Counted from the first letter of the stretch, positions 37,510 through 50,075 are shown. The stretch: DNA of 64,000 nt from an uncultured virus (IMG/VR IMGVR_UViG_3300047157_000031) (IMGVR_UViG_3300047157_000031), one strand, 5' to 3'. Numbers and translations: made by a program. The notes: generated from the sequence alone by a model not told the origin.

Positions 37510-38376
37510 ATGGCAGAAGTTGAACAAATACAGGAAGAAACTGTAGAACCAACTCCCAATCCGTATAACCAGAAAAAAACATGGCACACAGATAATGTAA
37601 TGCCTAAACATGGAGATACGGCAGAAGGATTGTTTTTTGAACGTCCACAAGCTGAGTCTGTAGAAACAGAAGTAGAAGCGGAAGCTAATACTAAAACAGA
37701 AGATCAAGCTTACAAACGTCCAGATTACAAAAAAAGATATGATGACTTGAAAAAGCATTATGATACTAGGCTCTCTGAATTTAAAAACAGAGAACAAGAA
37801 TTGCTTCAAGAAGCTGTAGCAAATAGACCGGAGTATACTGCTCCTAAGTCTGCTGAAGAACTAGAACAATTTAAAGCTGAGTATCCTGATGTTTATGAAG
37901 TAGTAGAAACTGTAGCACACCTACAAGGTGAAAGTAAAGTAGCTGCTCTTCAAGAAAGGTTAGACCTTATGCAAAGTCGTGAAACAGAAATACTTAAACG
38001 TGAAGCTGAAAAAGATTTAGTGACTAAACATCCTGACTTTGAAGAGTTACGAAATAGTGATCAATTTCATGATTGGGCAGAAGCTCAACCTGATCAGATA
38101 AAAGATTGGATTTATAATAATCCTAATAATGCATCTCTAGCAAGTAAAGCCATCGATCTATTTAAATTGGAAAATGGAATTACACCTGTACAACCAAACC
38201 GAGATAAATCTAGGCAAACCTCTGCTGCTGATATGGTGTCTACTAAGACAACAACAGTAGATGAGAAACAGCCGAAGATTTGGACACAACAAGAAATTGC
38301 TGCCCTCTCAATGGACGAATACGATAGACTTGAAAAAGAAATCGACAAAGCCCAAGAAGAAGGCAGAATTAGATAA
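37510..38376 (+). CDS. Capsid scaffolding protein
   Basis: Acidic coiled coil, YKKRYDDLKKH, HPDF, C-terminal EIDKAQEEGRI; immediately before the capsid gene. Confidence 0.85.
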   Translation: MAEVEQIQEETVEPTPNPYNQKKTWHTDNVMPKHGDTAEGLFFERPQAESVETEVEAEANTKTEDQAYKRPDYKKRYDDLKKHYDTRLSEFKNREQELLQEAVANRPEYTAPKSAEELEQFKAEYPDVYEVVETVAHLQGESKVAALQERLDLMQSRETEILKREAEKDLVTKHPDFEELRNSDQFHDWAEAQPDQIKDWIYNNPNNASLASKAIDLFKLENGITPVQPNRDKSRQTSAADMVSTKTTTVDEKQPKIWTQQEIAALSMDEYDRLEKEIDKAQEEGRIR

Positions 38377-38409
38377 TAACCAAATATATAATATTCAAGG
38401 AGAATAATT

Positions 38410-39399
38410 ATGGCATATAATCAATCTGACGCTCTATTTGAGCAATCGACTGATACTAATGGTAACTTTGGTAATTCTGTAAGTGGACAAACTAACTCCT
38501 TCTTTTTACCTGAAGTCTATTCTAAAAAGGTTTTAAACTTTTTCAGAAAAGCTTCGGTAGCAGAAGCAATCACTAATACTGATTACTCAGGAGAAATATC
38601 TGCTTATGGAGATACTGTAAGAATCATTAAAGAACCTGAAATTACTGTTTATCAGTATGAAAGGGGAGCAAACGTAACTAAAACAGCTTTGACAGACCAA
38701 GAACTGTCTCTAGTTGTTGATATAGCTAACGCTTTTAAATTCATCGTTGATGATATTGAAACTTCAATGTCTCACGTGAACTTCAAAGAAGTAGCTAGTT
38801 CATCTGCTGCATACGCATTAAAAGATGCGTTTGACGAAGGTGTAATCGCAGAAATGTTTGCAGGAATATCTACTTCATCACCTGATCACTTGATCGGTTC
38901 TGACAGCGCGACTGCTGATGCAACACTTGCACACGCAACGAACTCTGTTGACCTATTAGGTTCTGATGGAACTGGTGTAGATGCTTTAGACCTAATGGCT
39001 AGATTAGCCAGAAAACTAGATGATCAGAACATCCCTGAAGAAGGAAGATGGTTCTTAGCACCACCTTCGTTCTACGAAGAGTTGTCACAATCTGGTTCTA
39101 AAATGTTATCCGTTGACTTCAATGCAGGTCAAGGATCATTGAGAAATGGTTTAGTATCAAGTGGTAAATTACGTGGATTTGATATGTACAAGTCTAACAA
39201 TGTCGCAGCAACATCTAATGCTACTGGCAAAGTTATGGCAGGTCACATTTCATCTACAGCAACTGCCCAAGCTATAACATCAACAGAAGTCATTCGTGAC
39301 CCTGATTCATTTGGTGATATAGTAAGAGGTCTTCACGTTTATGGTGCGCAAGTACTTAGACCTGAAGCTCTTGCAGGTGCTTTCTATGTAGTAGACTAG
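38410..39399 (+). CDS. Major capsid protein
   Basis: FLPEVYSKKVL, GDTVRI, RDPDSFGDIVRGLHVYG; 329 aa following the scaffold. Confidence 0.9.
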   Translation: MAYNQSDALFEQSTDTNGNFGNSVSGQTNSFFLPEVYSKKVLNFFRKASVAEAITNTDYSGEISAYGDTVRIIKEPEITVYQYERGANVTKTALTDQELSLVVDIANAFKFIVDDIETSMSHVNFKEVASSSAAYALKDAFDEGVIAEMFAGISTSSPDHLIGSDSATADATLAHATNSVDLLGSDGTGVDALDLMARLARKLDDQNIPEEGRWFLAPPSFYEELSQSGSKMLSVDFNAGQGSLRNGLVSSGKLRGFDMYKSNNVAATSNATGKVMAGHISSTATAQAITSTEVIRDPDSFGDIVRGLHVYGAQVLRPEALAGAFYVVD

Positions 39400-39408
39400 T
39401 ATCGACTC

Positions 39409-39447
39409 GTAAGCGGGGGAGGAATCATGTGTTCGCTTCCCCCTTAC
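39409..39447 (+). terminator. GC-rich hairpin after the capsid gene (terminator or processing stem)
   Basis: GTAAG.GGGGGAG ... CTTCCCC.CTTAC; weak U-tract. Confidence 0.45.
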
Positions 39448-39470
39448 ACCTTTAAGATAAAAAACATAAT

Positions 39471-39614
39471 ATGAAAGTAACAGCACCAAAAGGATACCAT
39501 TGGATGAAAGATGGTAAAGAACATAAATTAATGAAGCACACCGGTAAGTTTGTTAAACATAAAGGTGCAAGTCTTACTGCTAATTTTGCAGTTCAAAAGA
39601 AACATAAAAAATAA
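39471..39614 (+). CDS. Small basic protein (47 aa, not in ORF track)
   Basis: MKVTAPKGYHWMK...; TAATG coupling to the next gene. Confidence 0.6.
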   Translation: MKVTAPKGYHWMKDGKEHKLMKHTGKFVKHKGASLTANFAVQKKHKK

Positions 39615-40382
39615 TGGCAACAACATTTCTTACACTAACTAACGATGTTCTTAGAGAACTTAACGAAATTGAATTAACTTCTGCAACTTTTGCAAGTGCG
39701 AAAGGTATTCAAAGCTTTGTTAAAAATTCTATTAATAAATCTATTAATGATATTGCAAACGAAGAACCACAACTTCCTTTCTTTGCAGTTGCGGCTAGTG
39801 GAGAAACAGACCCTTTTTATGGTAATGTAACTGTACCAAGTGTAGCAGGAACTAGATGGTACACATTAAAGTCTGGTAGTTCTAGTATTACAACTGACTA
39901 TGCTTCTATAGATTGGGATGATTTTTATTTAACAACAATTGGAGTAAGTGGTGAAACTGCTCCGTATACATCAAGAGGATTAACATTTATTACATTAGAC
40001 GATTGGACTAGATACTTAAGAGATTCTGAAAATGATGATGATGCAGACACGCAACAATATGGAGAACCTAAATATATTATTCCGTAGTCCTGATCATCGT
40101 AAGTTTGGATTAAGTCCTATACCTGATAAAGTTTATAATGTGCATTTTTATGCATATGCTGCACCTACAGCCTTATCAGCTTATAGTGATGAAATAGTAT
40201 TACCTGACCAGTACTCTAATGTAATAACTGCTAAAGCTCGTTATTATGTATGGCAATTTAAAGAAAGCCCGCAACAAGCAGCTTTTGCTATGGATGATTA
40301 TAAAAAAAGCATGAAACAAATGAAGTCTAATTTAATTAATCCTGCTCCTAAATATGTAGGTGATGATAGGATGTACTTCTAA
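39614..40382 (+). CDS. Tail adaptor/tubular protein A-like (frameshift near 40080)
   Basis: TFLTLTNDVLRELNE N-terminus; LSPIPDKVY; position after the capsid gene. Confidence 0.7.
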
Positions 40383-40384
40383 AT

Positions 40385-41990
40385 ATGCCTGCATCTCAAC
40401 CATATACAGTTGCAGTTAATGGAGGACTAGTAAGTTCTTCTAATGTTATAGATTTACTTAAGACTCCCGGAGTTGCAAAAGATTTAAGAAACTTTGAAGT
40501 ATCTACAGAGGGTGGATACAGACGTATAAATGGTTATCAAAAGTTTGGTACGACTAATGCAACAAGACCTACAGGTAGTGCAACAAATATACTAGGCACG
40601 TTTACCTATGCTGATGGAGTTATTGTTACTGCAAGTACTGGAATCTTTTTTAGTAATGATGGAGCAACTTGGTTAAACATAGGAAGAAGCTTCTGTAGAT
40701 GCAAGCGGAGATAACCATACCTTTACAGGACGTAGTACGCTAACTAGAACTGGACAAGGACAATGCCAGTTTACTTTGTTTGATGGTGCTACATATGATT
40801 ATGGTCAAGTTATTATTGCAGATGGAGCAAACAAGCCTTACATTTTTAGAATGGAAGGTACTGGTGCTTTAGCTAGTAGAACTTTCTTTGCAGAAGAAAT
40901 TACTGTAACAGGAACTAAGCATGCTAAATATGTCACGACACACGATAAACATTTAATTGTTGCAGGTGTTGAAGATAATTTAAGTACAATATTTTATAGT
41001 TCGTTATTAGACCCTACAAGCTTTAGTGGAAGTGGTGCAGGTTCAATAGTTGTTGAAGACCAAATAGAAGGAGTTAGAGGTTTCCGTAATGAGTTATTTA
41101 TATTCTGTACAAATAGTATATTTAAACTTATAAATATAAATGATTCAAATAACATTGCAATCGTACCAGTTACAAAGAACGTAGGTTGTTTAAGTGGATA
41201 TAGCATTCAAGAGATTGGTGGTGACTTAATATTTTTAGCACCTGATGGTTTAAGAACAGTTGCAGGTACAGCAAGAATTGGTGACGTTGAGTTAGGTACA
41301 GTTAGTAAAGCTATACAACCTTTAGTAACAGACTTGACAGAAAGCATAAATAGCTATATAATAAGTAGTGTTGTATTAAGAGATAAGTCTCAATATAGAT
41401 TATTTTATACTGATTCTAGTTTAGAACAAACACAACAAAAAGGAATAATAGGAACATTAAGACCTGATGGGTTTCAATGGTCTGAAACAAGAAGTTTAGA
41501 AGTAACTGCAATTGGTTCAGGATTTGATAGCAGTAATGTAGAACAATATTATCATGGAGATACAGAAGGATATGTGTATAAACATGATACAGGAAATAGT
41601 TTTGATGGAACAAACATACTTGCACGTTACGAAACACCCAACTATGATTACGGAGATTTAGGAACTTTAAAAACTTTACATTATGTTAGAGTCTCTGCAA
41701 GTGCAGAAGGCATTGTAGAACCAGATGTACAAGTTAGATTTGATTACGGAAATACAGATATACCTCAACCCCCAGACTTATTTGATATAGGAGTTATAAA
41801 TCCTCCTTCAAAGTTTGGTGATGCATTGTTTAATACAAATGTATTTGGTGGTGGAGATAACCCTTTAATAAGAATTCCATTACAAGGGAGTGGAACAAGT
41901 AATAATTTTACCATTATAAGTGATGATACAAAAGCACCATATACTATAAATGGTTTTTACGTAGACTATATACCTTCAGGCAGGAGATAA
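40385..41990 (+). CDS. Tail nozzle/tubular protein B-like (frameshift near 40690)
   Basis: NFEVSTEGGYRRINGY; beta-rich; GDLIFLAPDGLR. Confidence 0.7.
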
Positions 41991-41993
41991 TAA

Positions 41994-44900
41994 ATGGCAC
42001 AAACATATACACGACAGAGTTCGTTTGCAGATGGAGATACAGTTACTGCTGCATTGTTTAATAATGAATACAATCAATTAGTAAATGCATTTGCATACAG
42101 TTCAAGTAGTGCTAGTTCTACAGGACACAGACACGATGGTACAGCAGGACAGGGTGGAAACATACACACTATCGGTGACTTAGACTTTTTAAACAAGATT
42201 GTCGTAGACGATTCAAACAATAGATGGGGAGTCTTCGTAGAAGTTTCTTCAGCAGCAGTAGAACAAATAAGAATTCAAGATGGAGCTATCGTACCTGTTA
42301 CAGATAGTGACATAGACTTAGGAACAACTGGTGTAAGATTTAAAGATGCTTACATAGACTCAGTAACTACTACAGGCAATGTAGCTGTAGGTGGTAACTT
42401 AACAGTAACAGGAACAACTACCTTTAATGGTGGTACAATTACAATGGGTGATGCAGCTACAGACAACGTAGTCTTTGGAGCTGACGTAGACTCAAACATT
42501 ATACCTGACGATGATGATTCATATGACTTAGGAAGTTCTTCACAAGAATGGAGAAACTTATACATCGATGGAACAGCCAACATCGATAGTCTTGTAGCAG
42601 ACACAGCAGATATAAATGGTGGTACAGTTGATGGTGCAATTATTGGTGGGTCAAGTGCAGCAGCTATAACGGGTACAACAATTACAGGTACTAGCTTTGT
42701 TATAGGTAGTGCAGATATAAGTGAAGCAGAACTAGAAACAATTGATGGAGTTACAGCAGGAACTGTTGCAGCTTCTAAAGCTATCGTAGTAGATAGTAAC
42801 AAAGATTTTACAGGTGCTAGAAACATTACACTAACTGGAGAACTTGATGCAGGTTCATTAGATGTAAGTGGTAATGTAGATGTAGATGGTACACTTGAAA
42901 CAGATGCACTATCTATCAATGGCACAGCAGTTACTTCAACTGCAGCAGAACTAAACATACTTGACGGAGTTACAAGCACCGCAGCAGAACTAAACATCCT
43001 TGATGGTGTAACCAGTACTGCAGCAGAGATTAATATTCTTGATGGAGTTACAAGTACAGCAGCAGAGATAAATGTTCTTGATGGTATTACTTCAACAGTT
43101 GCAGAACTCAACATTCTTGATGGTGTTACAGCAAGTGCCACAGACATAAACCTTATAGATGGTATTACGAATGGTACTGTTATTGCTAGTAAAGCTATCA
43201 TAACAGATTCAAACAAAGACATTAGTGGTGGTAGAAACATAACTATTAGTGGTGAGTTAGATGCAGGGTCACTTGACATATCAGGTGATGCAGACATAGA
43301 CGGAACACTAGAAGCTGATGCGATTACTATAGGTGGTGTTACACTAGCAGAAACAATTAGTGATACTGTTGGAGCTATGGTTAGTTCTAACACAGAGACA
43401 AACATTACAGTAACCTATCAAGACTCAGACAATACATTAGACTTTGCCTTTAGTGGTTCAGCAGATACAACAGGTAACGCAGCCACAGCCACAGCTTTAG
43501 AGACTGCTAGAACGATACATGGTGTATCATTTGATGGTACAGCTAATATAGATTTATCAGAAGTCGTACAAGATACTGTTGGTGCTATGTTCTCAAGTAA
43601 TACTGAAACAAATATTACTGCAACTTATGAAGACTCAGATGGTACAATAGATTTAGTTATTGGTACATTAAACCAAGACACTACAGGTTTAGCAGCTACA
43701 GCAACTGCATTAGCTACAGCAAGAACAATACATGGTGTAAGCTTTGATGGAACTGCAAACATAGACCTATCAGAAGTTGTACAGGATACAGTAGGAGCTA
43801 TGTTTAGTTCTAATACTGAATCAGGAATAACAGTTGATTATCGAAGACTCTGATGGTACAATAGACTTAACAGTAGGAACTCTTAACCAAAATACAACAG
43901 GCTCTGCAGCTACACTAACAACTGCAAGAACGATTGGTGGAGTAAGCTTTGATGGTTCAGCCAACATAGTACCTACAACCTTTGCAGCAGCTACATTCTC
44001 AGATGACGTAAATATAGATAGTGGATTATTATTTGCAGATGTAAGTACAAATAGAATAGGTATTAATCAAGCATCTCCTGATGTTACATTAGACTTAGGT
44101 GCAAACACAGATGCTGTTCACATGCCTACAGGTAATACAGCACAAAGACCCGGAAGTCCTGCAGCAGGTTACTTTAGATACAACTCAGAGACTGCTAAGT
44201 TTGAAGGCTACACAGATGAGTGGGGTTCAATAGCAGGTGGTGGTTCAGGTACAAACATGGATACCAACATCTTTGCAGGTGATGGAAGCGATACAACCTT
44301 TACACTTTCTACAGCACCAGATACTGAACAAAACTTAATGGTCTTTATTGATGGTGTATTTCAAGCACACGATAGTTATTCAGTTTCAGGAACAACATTA
44401 ACATTTAGTACAGCCCCTGCTAGTGGTAGAGTTATTACAGCTTATCATAGCACAACAACAGTTGGTGGTTCAAACAATACTATCAATACAATGACTGGTG
44501 ACAATAGTGATACAACATTAACACTATCTGTTGCACCAGTACACGAGAACAACGTACAGGTTTATTTTGATGGAGTATATCAAAGCAAATCTAACTATGC
44601 AATCTCTGGAACTACACTAACATTCTCTACTGCTCCTCCTACAGGTGTGTTAGTAGAAGCAATTACAAATACAAATACTTCAAGCACTACAGCTAATCAA
44701 TTACTTGATGCTGATGGTGATACAATGATTCAGGTCGAAGAAAGCTCTGATGAAGATAAGATACGTTTTGATACTGGTGGTACTGAGCGTATGATTATTG
44801 ATAACTCTGGAAATGTAGGCATAGGAGCAACTCCAAAAGTAACAGAAGCGGGTTGGACAAATTTAAGTGTTGGTGGCATGGGAGCATTAATTAATTCTAC

Positions 44901-45491
44901 GTCTGCTAATGCAGGTGGTAGAACACAGCTATCAAATAATGTCTATGTAGATGAGTCTGGGAATTATAGTTATATAAATACAGATGAAGCATCTTTATAT
45001 AAACAAATAGACGGAATTCACTCTTGGCATAACGCAGCTAGTGGTTCGGCAGATGCTCATATAACAATGTCAGAAAAACTAAGAATACAATCTGGTGGTG
45101 GCATATCTTTTAACGGAGACACAGCAGCAGCTAACGCACTTGACGATTATGAAGAAGGCTAGGTGACGATTCAACTTATACGAGAATAGGTAATCAAGTA
45201 ACTTTATTTGTGTCATTGTCTATTGCAAGTCCTTCAAATGGTTCTGGGGCATTAAGAGTTACAGGACTACCATTTACTAATACTGGACCGCAAGTAACTA
45301 CGTCAGATTGTAATTTAGGCAGAGTAGCTAATTCTGCAACACAAAAACCTTTTGGATTGTTAGGAAACAACTCTGACGTTATAACTTTTTATTATAATGT
45401 GGATGGGGCTGTAGGGGCTGTTTTTTCAGCAACAAATCTTAATGGACAAATTACACCTTTTATAAATTTTACAATCACATATACAACTTAA
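41994..45491 (+). CDS. Long tail fibre protein (frameshifts near 43845 and 45160)
   Basis: GHRHDG N-terminal anchor, TSTAAELNILDGV repeats, TARTIHGVSFDGTANI repeats, TTLTFSTAP repeats, ALDDYEEG. Confidence 0.8.
42932..43130 (+). repeat. 39-bp (13-aa) tandem repeat TSTAAE(L/I)N(I/V)LDG(V/I)
   Basis: About five consecutive units in the fibre ORF. Confidence 0.85.
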
Positions 45492-45531
45492 TTAATTATG
45501 CTTAGTGGATTCTAGGCAAGGAGAAAATAAA

Positions 45532-45819
45532 ATGGCAATAACAAAAACAATAGTAGATGACAAAATTGAAGTTGTCGGAGACTTTAAAAAAATACAGGTT
45601 CGTACAGCTACAGTTATTAAAGAAGATGGAGTAGAACTTACTAGGTCTTTTGGCAGAAGAGTTATCAGTAGCGTATTTTCTACTTACGATGGTAGTTCTT
45701 GGACACATACTGACACAGATATGTCTAGTGAATCAACGGAACTACAAGGTATAGCAAATGCAGTATGGACTGATGCAGTAGTTGCTGCACAAAAAACTGC
45801 TAACGAAGCAACACTATAA
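45532..45819 (+). CDS. Small tail-fibre-associated protein
   Basis: MAITKT..DKIEVVG..IQVRTATVIKEDGVEL; AAGGAG SD. Confidence 0.7.
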   Translation: MAITKTIVDDKIEVVGDFKKIQVRTATVIKEDGVELTRSFGRRVISSVFSTYDGSSWTHTDTDMSSESTELQGIANAVWTDAVVAAQKTANEATL

Positions 45820-45844
45820 TAACATTTCATAGAGAGACAAAGAC

Positions 45845-47605
45845 ATGGCAATAACTAAAGCAACAGGACCAGTATTAGGCAATTATCCAGTAGGCACAGG
45901 CAACGTAGCTTTGGGTGATACTGCACTTGATAGTACTGCAAGTGATGGTATTAATAATACTGCAATAGGAAATGCTGCATTAACAGCAAACACTACAGGT
46001 GATAATCATGTTGCAGTTGGTTACAACGCACTTACAGCTAATACGACTGGACGTAATAATGTTGCTATAGGTTATACATCTATGGCAGCTAATACAGAAG
46101 GAACAGGTAATACAGCAGTTGGATTATCTTCATTAGATGTAAATACAACTGGTGATAATAATATTGCAGTAGGTGCAGGTGCATTAGGGGCAAATACTAC
46201 AGCAGATAACAACACAGCAGTAGGTTATCAGTCTTTAGTATCAAACACTACAGGAGCAAGTAACACAGTATCTGGAACATATGCTGCCTATGGCAATACA
46301 ACTGGAGGAAACAATACTGCTAGTGGTTTTAGAGCTTTCCAAGACAATACAACAGGTAGCAGTAATGTCGCTATAGGTGCGTATGCTTTAGACGATAATA
46401 CCACAGCATCTAACAATACAGCCGTTGGTTATCAAGCTTTAACAGCAAACACTACAGGAACGGGTAACAATGCTATAGGTTCAAGTGCTTTGTTATCAAA
46501 TACCACAGGTGGTACAAATACTGCTGTTGGTCACACAGTTATGAATCAAAACACTACAGGTGCAAATAATGTAGCTATGGGTTCAGGTGCTTTAGCAAAT
46601 AACACTACAGCTTCTAACAACACAAGTATTGGTATTAGTTCTATGTTTGCTAATACTACAGGTTCTGAAAATACTGCTGTTGGTAGGTTATCCTTAGATG
46701 CTAATACAACTGGAACAAACAATGTAGCTGTTGGGAATCAAGCTTTAGGAGCAAATACTACAGCAGCTTACAATACCGCTATAGGAGACGAAGCTTTACT
46801 AGTAAACACAACAGGACATTCTAATACAGCAGTAGGTGGTGGTGCGTTAAAAGCATGCACGTCAGGAGCAGAAAATGATGCTTTTGGTACTCTTACGTTA
46901 GATGCTTTAACAACAGGTTATGGAAATGCTGCTCTTGGGCGTGATGCTTTAGGAGCAGTAACAACAGGAATTTTAAATACTAGTATAGGAGTTAATGCAG
47001 GTAATTCTGTTACAACAGGAGGTACTAATGTTTTTGTTGGACAAGCAGCCGGTGGTGCTTGTGTTACAGGTTCTAATAATATTTATATAGGTAGAAATTC
47101 TACATCAGCTAGTTCTGCTCCTTCACATGTAATAATTATTGGAACAGTAGCTACAGCATTAAACGAAAATAATCAATTTGCATTTGGTAATGACACACAT
47201 GGTATTGTTCATAATAACTTTGATACTAATGCTTCTTGGACTAGAACATCTGATGAAAGAATTAAAAAGAATATTACAGATGATAATCTAGGTTTAAGTT
47301 TTATAAATGAATTACGACCTGTTACATTTAATTGGAAAGGAAACAATGAAGTACCAAAAGAATTTAGAGAATATGCTGAAAAAAATGTAAAAGATACAGA
47401 TATAGTTTTACATGGAATGATTGCTCAAGAAGTAAAAGCAGCATTAGATAAAGAAAATGTAGATACTTTTGGTGGTTGGAAAGAAGACAAAGACACAGGA
47501 CAACAGTATCTATCACAAGAAATGTTTATCTATCCCTTGATAAATGCAGTCAAAGAACTCTCAGCAGAAGTACAAGAACTAAAAAAACAATTGGAGAATA
47601 AATAA
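45845..47605 (+). CDS. Tail fibre/spike with 14-aa NTTG.NN.A.G repeats and a C-terminal intramolecular chaperone (peptidase S74-like)
   Basis: Regular 14-aa repeats; TSDERIKKNI, LRPVTFNWK, GMIAQEV, LINAVKEL. Confidence 0.85.
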   Translation: MAITKATGPVLGNYPVGTGNVALGDTALDSTASDGINNTAIGNAALTANTTGDNHVAVGYNALTANTTGRNNVAIGYTSMAANTEGTGNTAVGLSSLDVNTTGDNNIAVGAGALGANTTADNNTAVGYQSLVSNTTGASNTVSGTYAAYGNTTGGNNTASGFRAFQDNTTGSSNVAIGAYALDDNTTASNNTAVGYQALTANTTGTGNNAIGSSALLSNTTGGTNTAVGHTVMNQNTTGANNVAMGSGALANNTTASNNTSIGISSMFANTTGSENTAVGRLSLDANTTGTNNVAVGNQALGANTTAAYNTAIGDEALLVNTTGHSNTAVGGGALKACTSGAENDAFGTLTLDALTTGYGNAALGRDALGAVTTGILNTSIGVNAGNSVTTGGTNVFVGQAAGGACVTGSNNIYIGRNSTSASSAPSHVIIIGTVATALNENNQFAFGNDTHGIVHNNFDTNASWTRTSDERIKKNITDDNLGLSFINELRPVTFNWKGNNEVPKEFREYAEKNVKDTDIVLHGMIAQEVKAALDKENVDTFGGWKEDKDTGQQYLSQEMFIYPLINAVKELSAEVQELKKQLENK

Positions 47606-49517
47606 TGGCAAATACTAAGATACCTAATGAGCTACTAGAGCTCGGTGCTAAAGCATTTGGTACAAGCTCCATAATGATTGGGGATACGACTACAGGAACT
47701 ATAGATGCTGCTAACTATAATACAGGTTTAGGTGTAGATGTTTTTGCAGCGTTGACTACTGGTGATAATAATGTTGCTGTTGGTACAGGTGCTTTAACAT
47801 CCAACACTACAGGAGCGGGTAACACAGTATCTGGAACATATGCTGCCTATAGTAATACAACAGGAGGAAACAATACTGCTAGTGGCTTTAGAGCTTTCCA
47901 AGACAATACAACAGGTAGCAGTAATGTCGCTATAGGTGCGTATGCTTTAGACGATAATACCCACAGCATCTAACAATACAGCCGTTGGGGGGGGGGGGGG
48001 GGGGGGGGGGGTTACGCATCTTTAGGGGCAAACACTACAGGAGTCGAAAATGTTGCAATAGGCTTTACATCTTTAGATGCGAACACAACAGGAGGTTACA
48101 ACACAGCAGTCGGTACAGATTCTATGTCAACGAACACAACAGGACAAGAAAATGTTGCTCTGGGTTGGAATAGTTTAGACGCTAATACTACTGGTGGTAC
48201 TAACGTAGCCATTGGAGCAAGTTCTCTAGGTTCTAATACTACAGCAAGTAATAACACAGCAGTTGGTTATAACTCTTTAGCATTAAACACTACAGCTTCT
48301 AACAACACAGGTATTGGTCATAGTTCTTTAGCGGCTAATACAACTGGTGGAGATAATACAGGACTTGGTTTTGGTGCTTTAGCTAGTAACACAACAGCAT
48401 CTAACAACGTAGCAGTTGGTAAAAGTGCTTTATTATTAAACACTACAGGTGCTAACAACGTAGCTGTTGGTATGAACTCTTTAGATGCTAATACGACTGC
48501 ACATAATAACACAGCAATGGGTTTTGACACGCTTTCAAAAAATACTACAGGAGCAGGTAACACAGGATTAGGCTCAGGTGCTTTGTATGCCAACTCCACA
48601 GCCTCAAACAACACAGCAGTTGGTTTAAATGCTTTAGTATCAAACACTACAGGAGAAGAAAATATAGCTATTGGTAGTCTCGCTTTAGATGCAAATACAA
48701 CTGGAAGTTATAATCAAGCTATTGGTACTACTGCTCTTACCAATGCCACCACAGCAAACTACAACATAGCTATAGGCAGAAATGCTTTGTATGCAAACAC
48801 TACTGGTACTTTAAATGTTGGTATTGGTTCTTTTGCTCTTGATGCAAATACTACTGCAAACGCTAATGTTGGCATAGGTTATGATGCTTTAGGAAGCTGT
48901 ACTACAGGAGCAACAAATACATGCGTTGGACATGAAGCAGGAAATGCTATAACAACAGGTTCTAATAACATTATTATTGGTTATGGTGCAGATGGTGCTA
49001 CTAATTCAGAAAACGCTATTACCATAGGAATTGGTATTACTGGGGGAAACAATGATTTTGCTTTCGGTAAAGCTTCTAATGTTGTTTTTAATGATTTTGA
49101 TACAGATGCTTCTTGGACACGTTCTTCAGATGAGCGTTTAAAGAAAAACATTACAAATCAGACATTAGGTTTAGATTTTATTAATGCTCTGCGACCTGTT
49201 AAGTATAACTGGAAGGCAAATAGTGAACTTGATGCTTCAGATGCTCAGTTAGCACATTTACGTGAAAAAGATAAAGACGGAAATGTTATTAACTATATGA
49301 ATACAGATGCAACAATGCACAACTTTATTGCTCAAGAAGTTAAAGCTGCGTTAGATGCAGAAGGTGTTTCAGATTTTGGAGGATGGAAAGTAGATGAACA
49401 TGGTGTGCAACAAATATCTCGTGAAATGTTTGTACTACCATTGGTAAAAGCTTTGCAAGAAGCTGATGATAAAATAGATGCTCTTAACCGCTAGGAGTTG
49501 CAGCATTAGAAAGTTAA
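47605..49517 (+). CDS. Paralogous second repeat fibre/spike with an S74-like chaperone, interrupted by an extra C and a 25-G run
   Basis: Same repeats; SSDERLKKNI, FIAQEV; pieces 47605-47973 and 48124-49494 are in the same frame. Confidence 0.75.
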
Positions 49518-49535
49518 ATTAAACGGAGAATAAAT

Positions 49536-49820
49536 ATGACTGAACAAACAGTAGCAGAATGCTTAACAGCAGCAACAGATAGCGTAACGCTTATCAACGA
49601 CATTAATACAAATGGTAAAAAATCAACGTATGTTGGTGGTACAGCAGAACAAGATACAGAGATGTCACAAGCTGATATAAATGCATGTGTGCAACGTAAT
49701 GTTGACCACTTAGAACTTATATTAGAATACACAGAACCTAATGTTAAAGGTGCTAGTGATGATAAATCATCTTACACAGGTGCAGTAACAACTGGTAAAG
49801 CTTATATAGCAGCTAACTAA
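49536..49820 (+). CDS. Hypothetical protein (fibre-associated)
   Basis: GGAG SD; DSVTLI..RNVDHLE. Confidence 0.65.
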   Translation: MTEQTVAECLTAATDSVTLINDINTNGKKSTYVGGTAEQDTEMSQADINACVQRNVDHLELILEYTEPNVKGASDDKSSYTGAVTTGKAYIAAN

Positions 49821-49832
49821 AAATAAAAAACT

Positions 49833-50075
49833 ATGGAGCTAACAGGATACTTATTGTGGAATATATTTCTAACATTAGTGGTAGCTCCAATACTCTACAG
49901 CATTCGCACAAACACGTCAGAGCTTAAAAGACTTGACATACTTTTAAATAAAACAAGAGAAGAAATGGCAAAAGAATACGTAACCAAACAAGAACTAAAG
50001 GATGATATGACTAGAGTGTTTGATACGTTGGACAAGATTGAAGAAAAACTTGACAAGCTTTTCGAGGTTAAATAA
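49833..50075 (+). CDS. Small TM + coiled-coil protein
   Basis: LLWNIFLTLVVAP then LLNKTREE..YVTK..IEEKLDKL. Confidence 0.7.
   Translation: MELTGYLLWNIFLTLVVAPILYSIRTNTSELKRLDILLNKTREEMAKEYVTKQELKDDMTRVFDTLDKIEEKLDKLFEVK

Noticed and set aside
42932..49100. Tandem repeats as a CRISPR array or diversity-generating retroelement
   Set aside because: The repeats are degenerate in-frame protein repeats without spacers. No reverse transcriptase is present, and the differences in the shared fibre block do not look adenine-specific.
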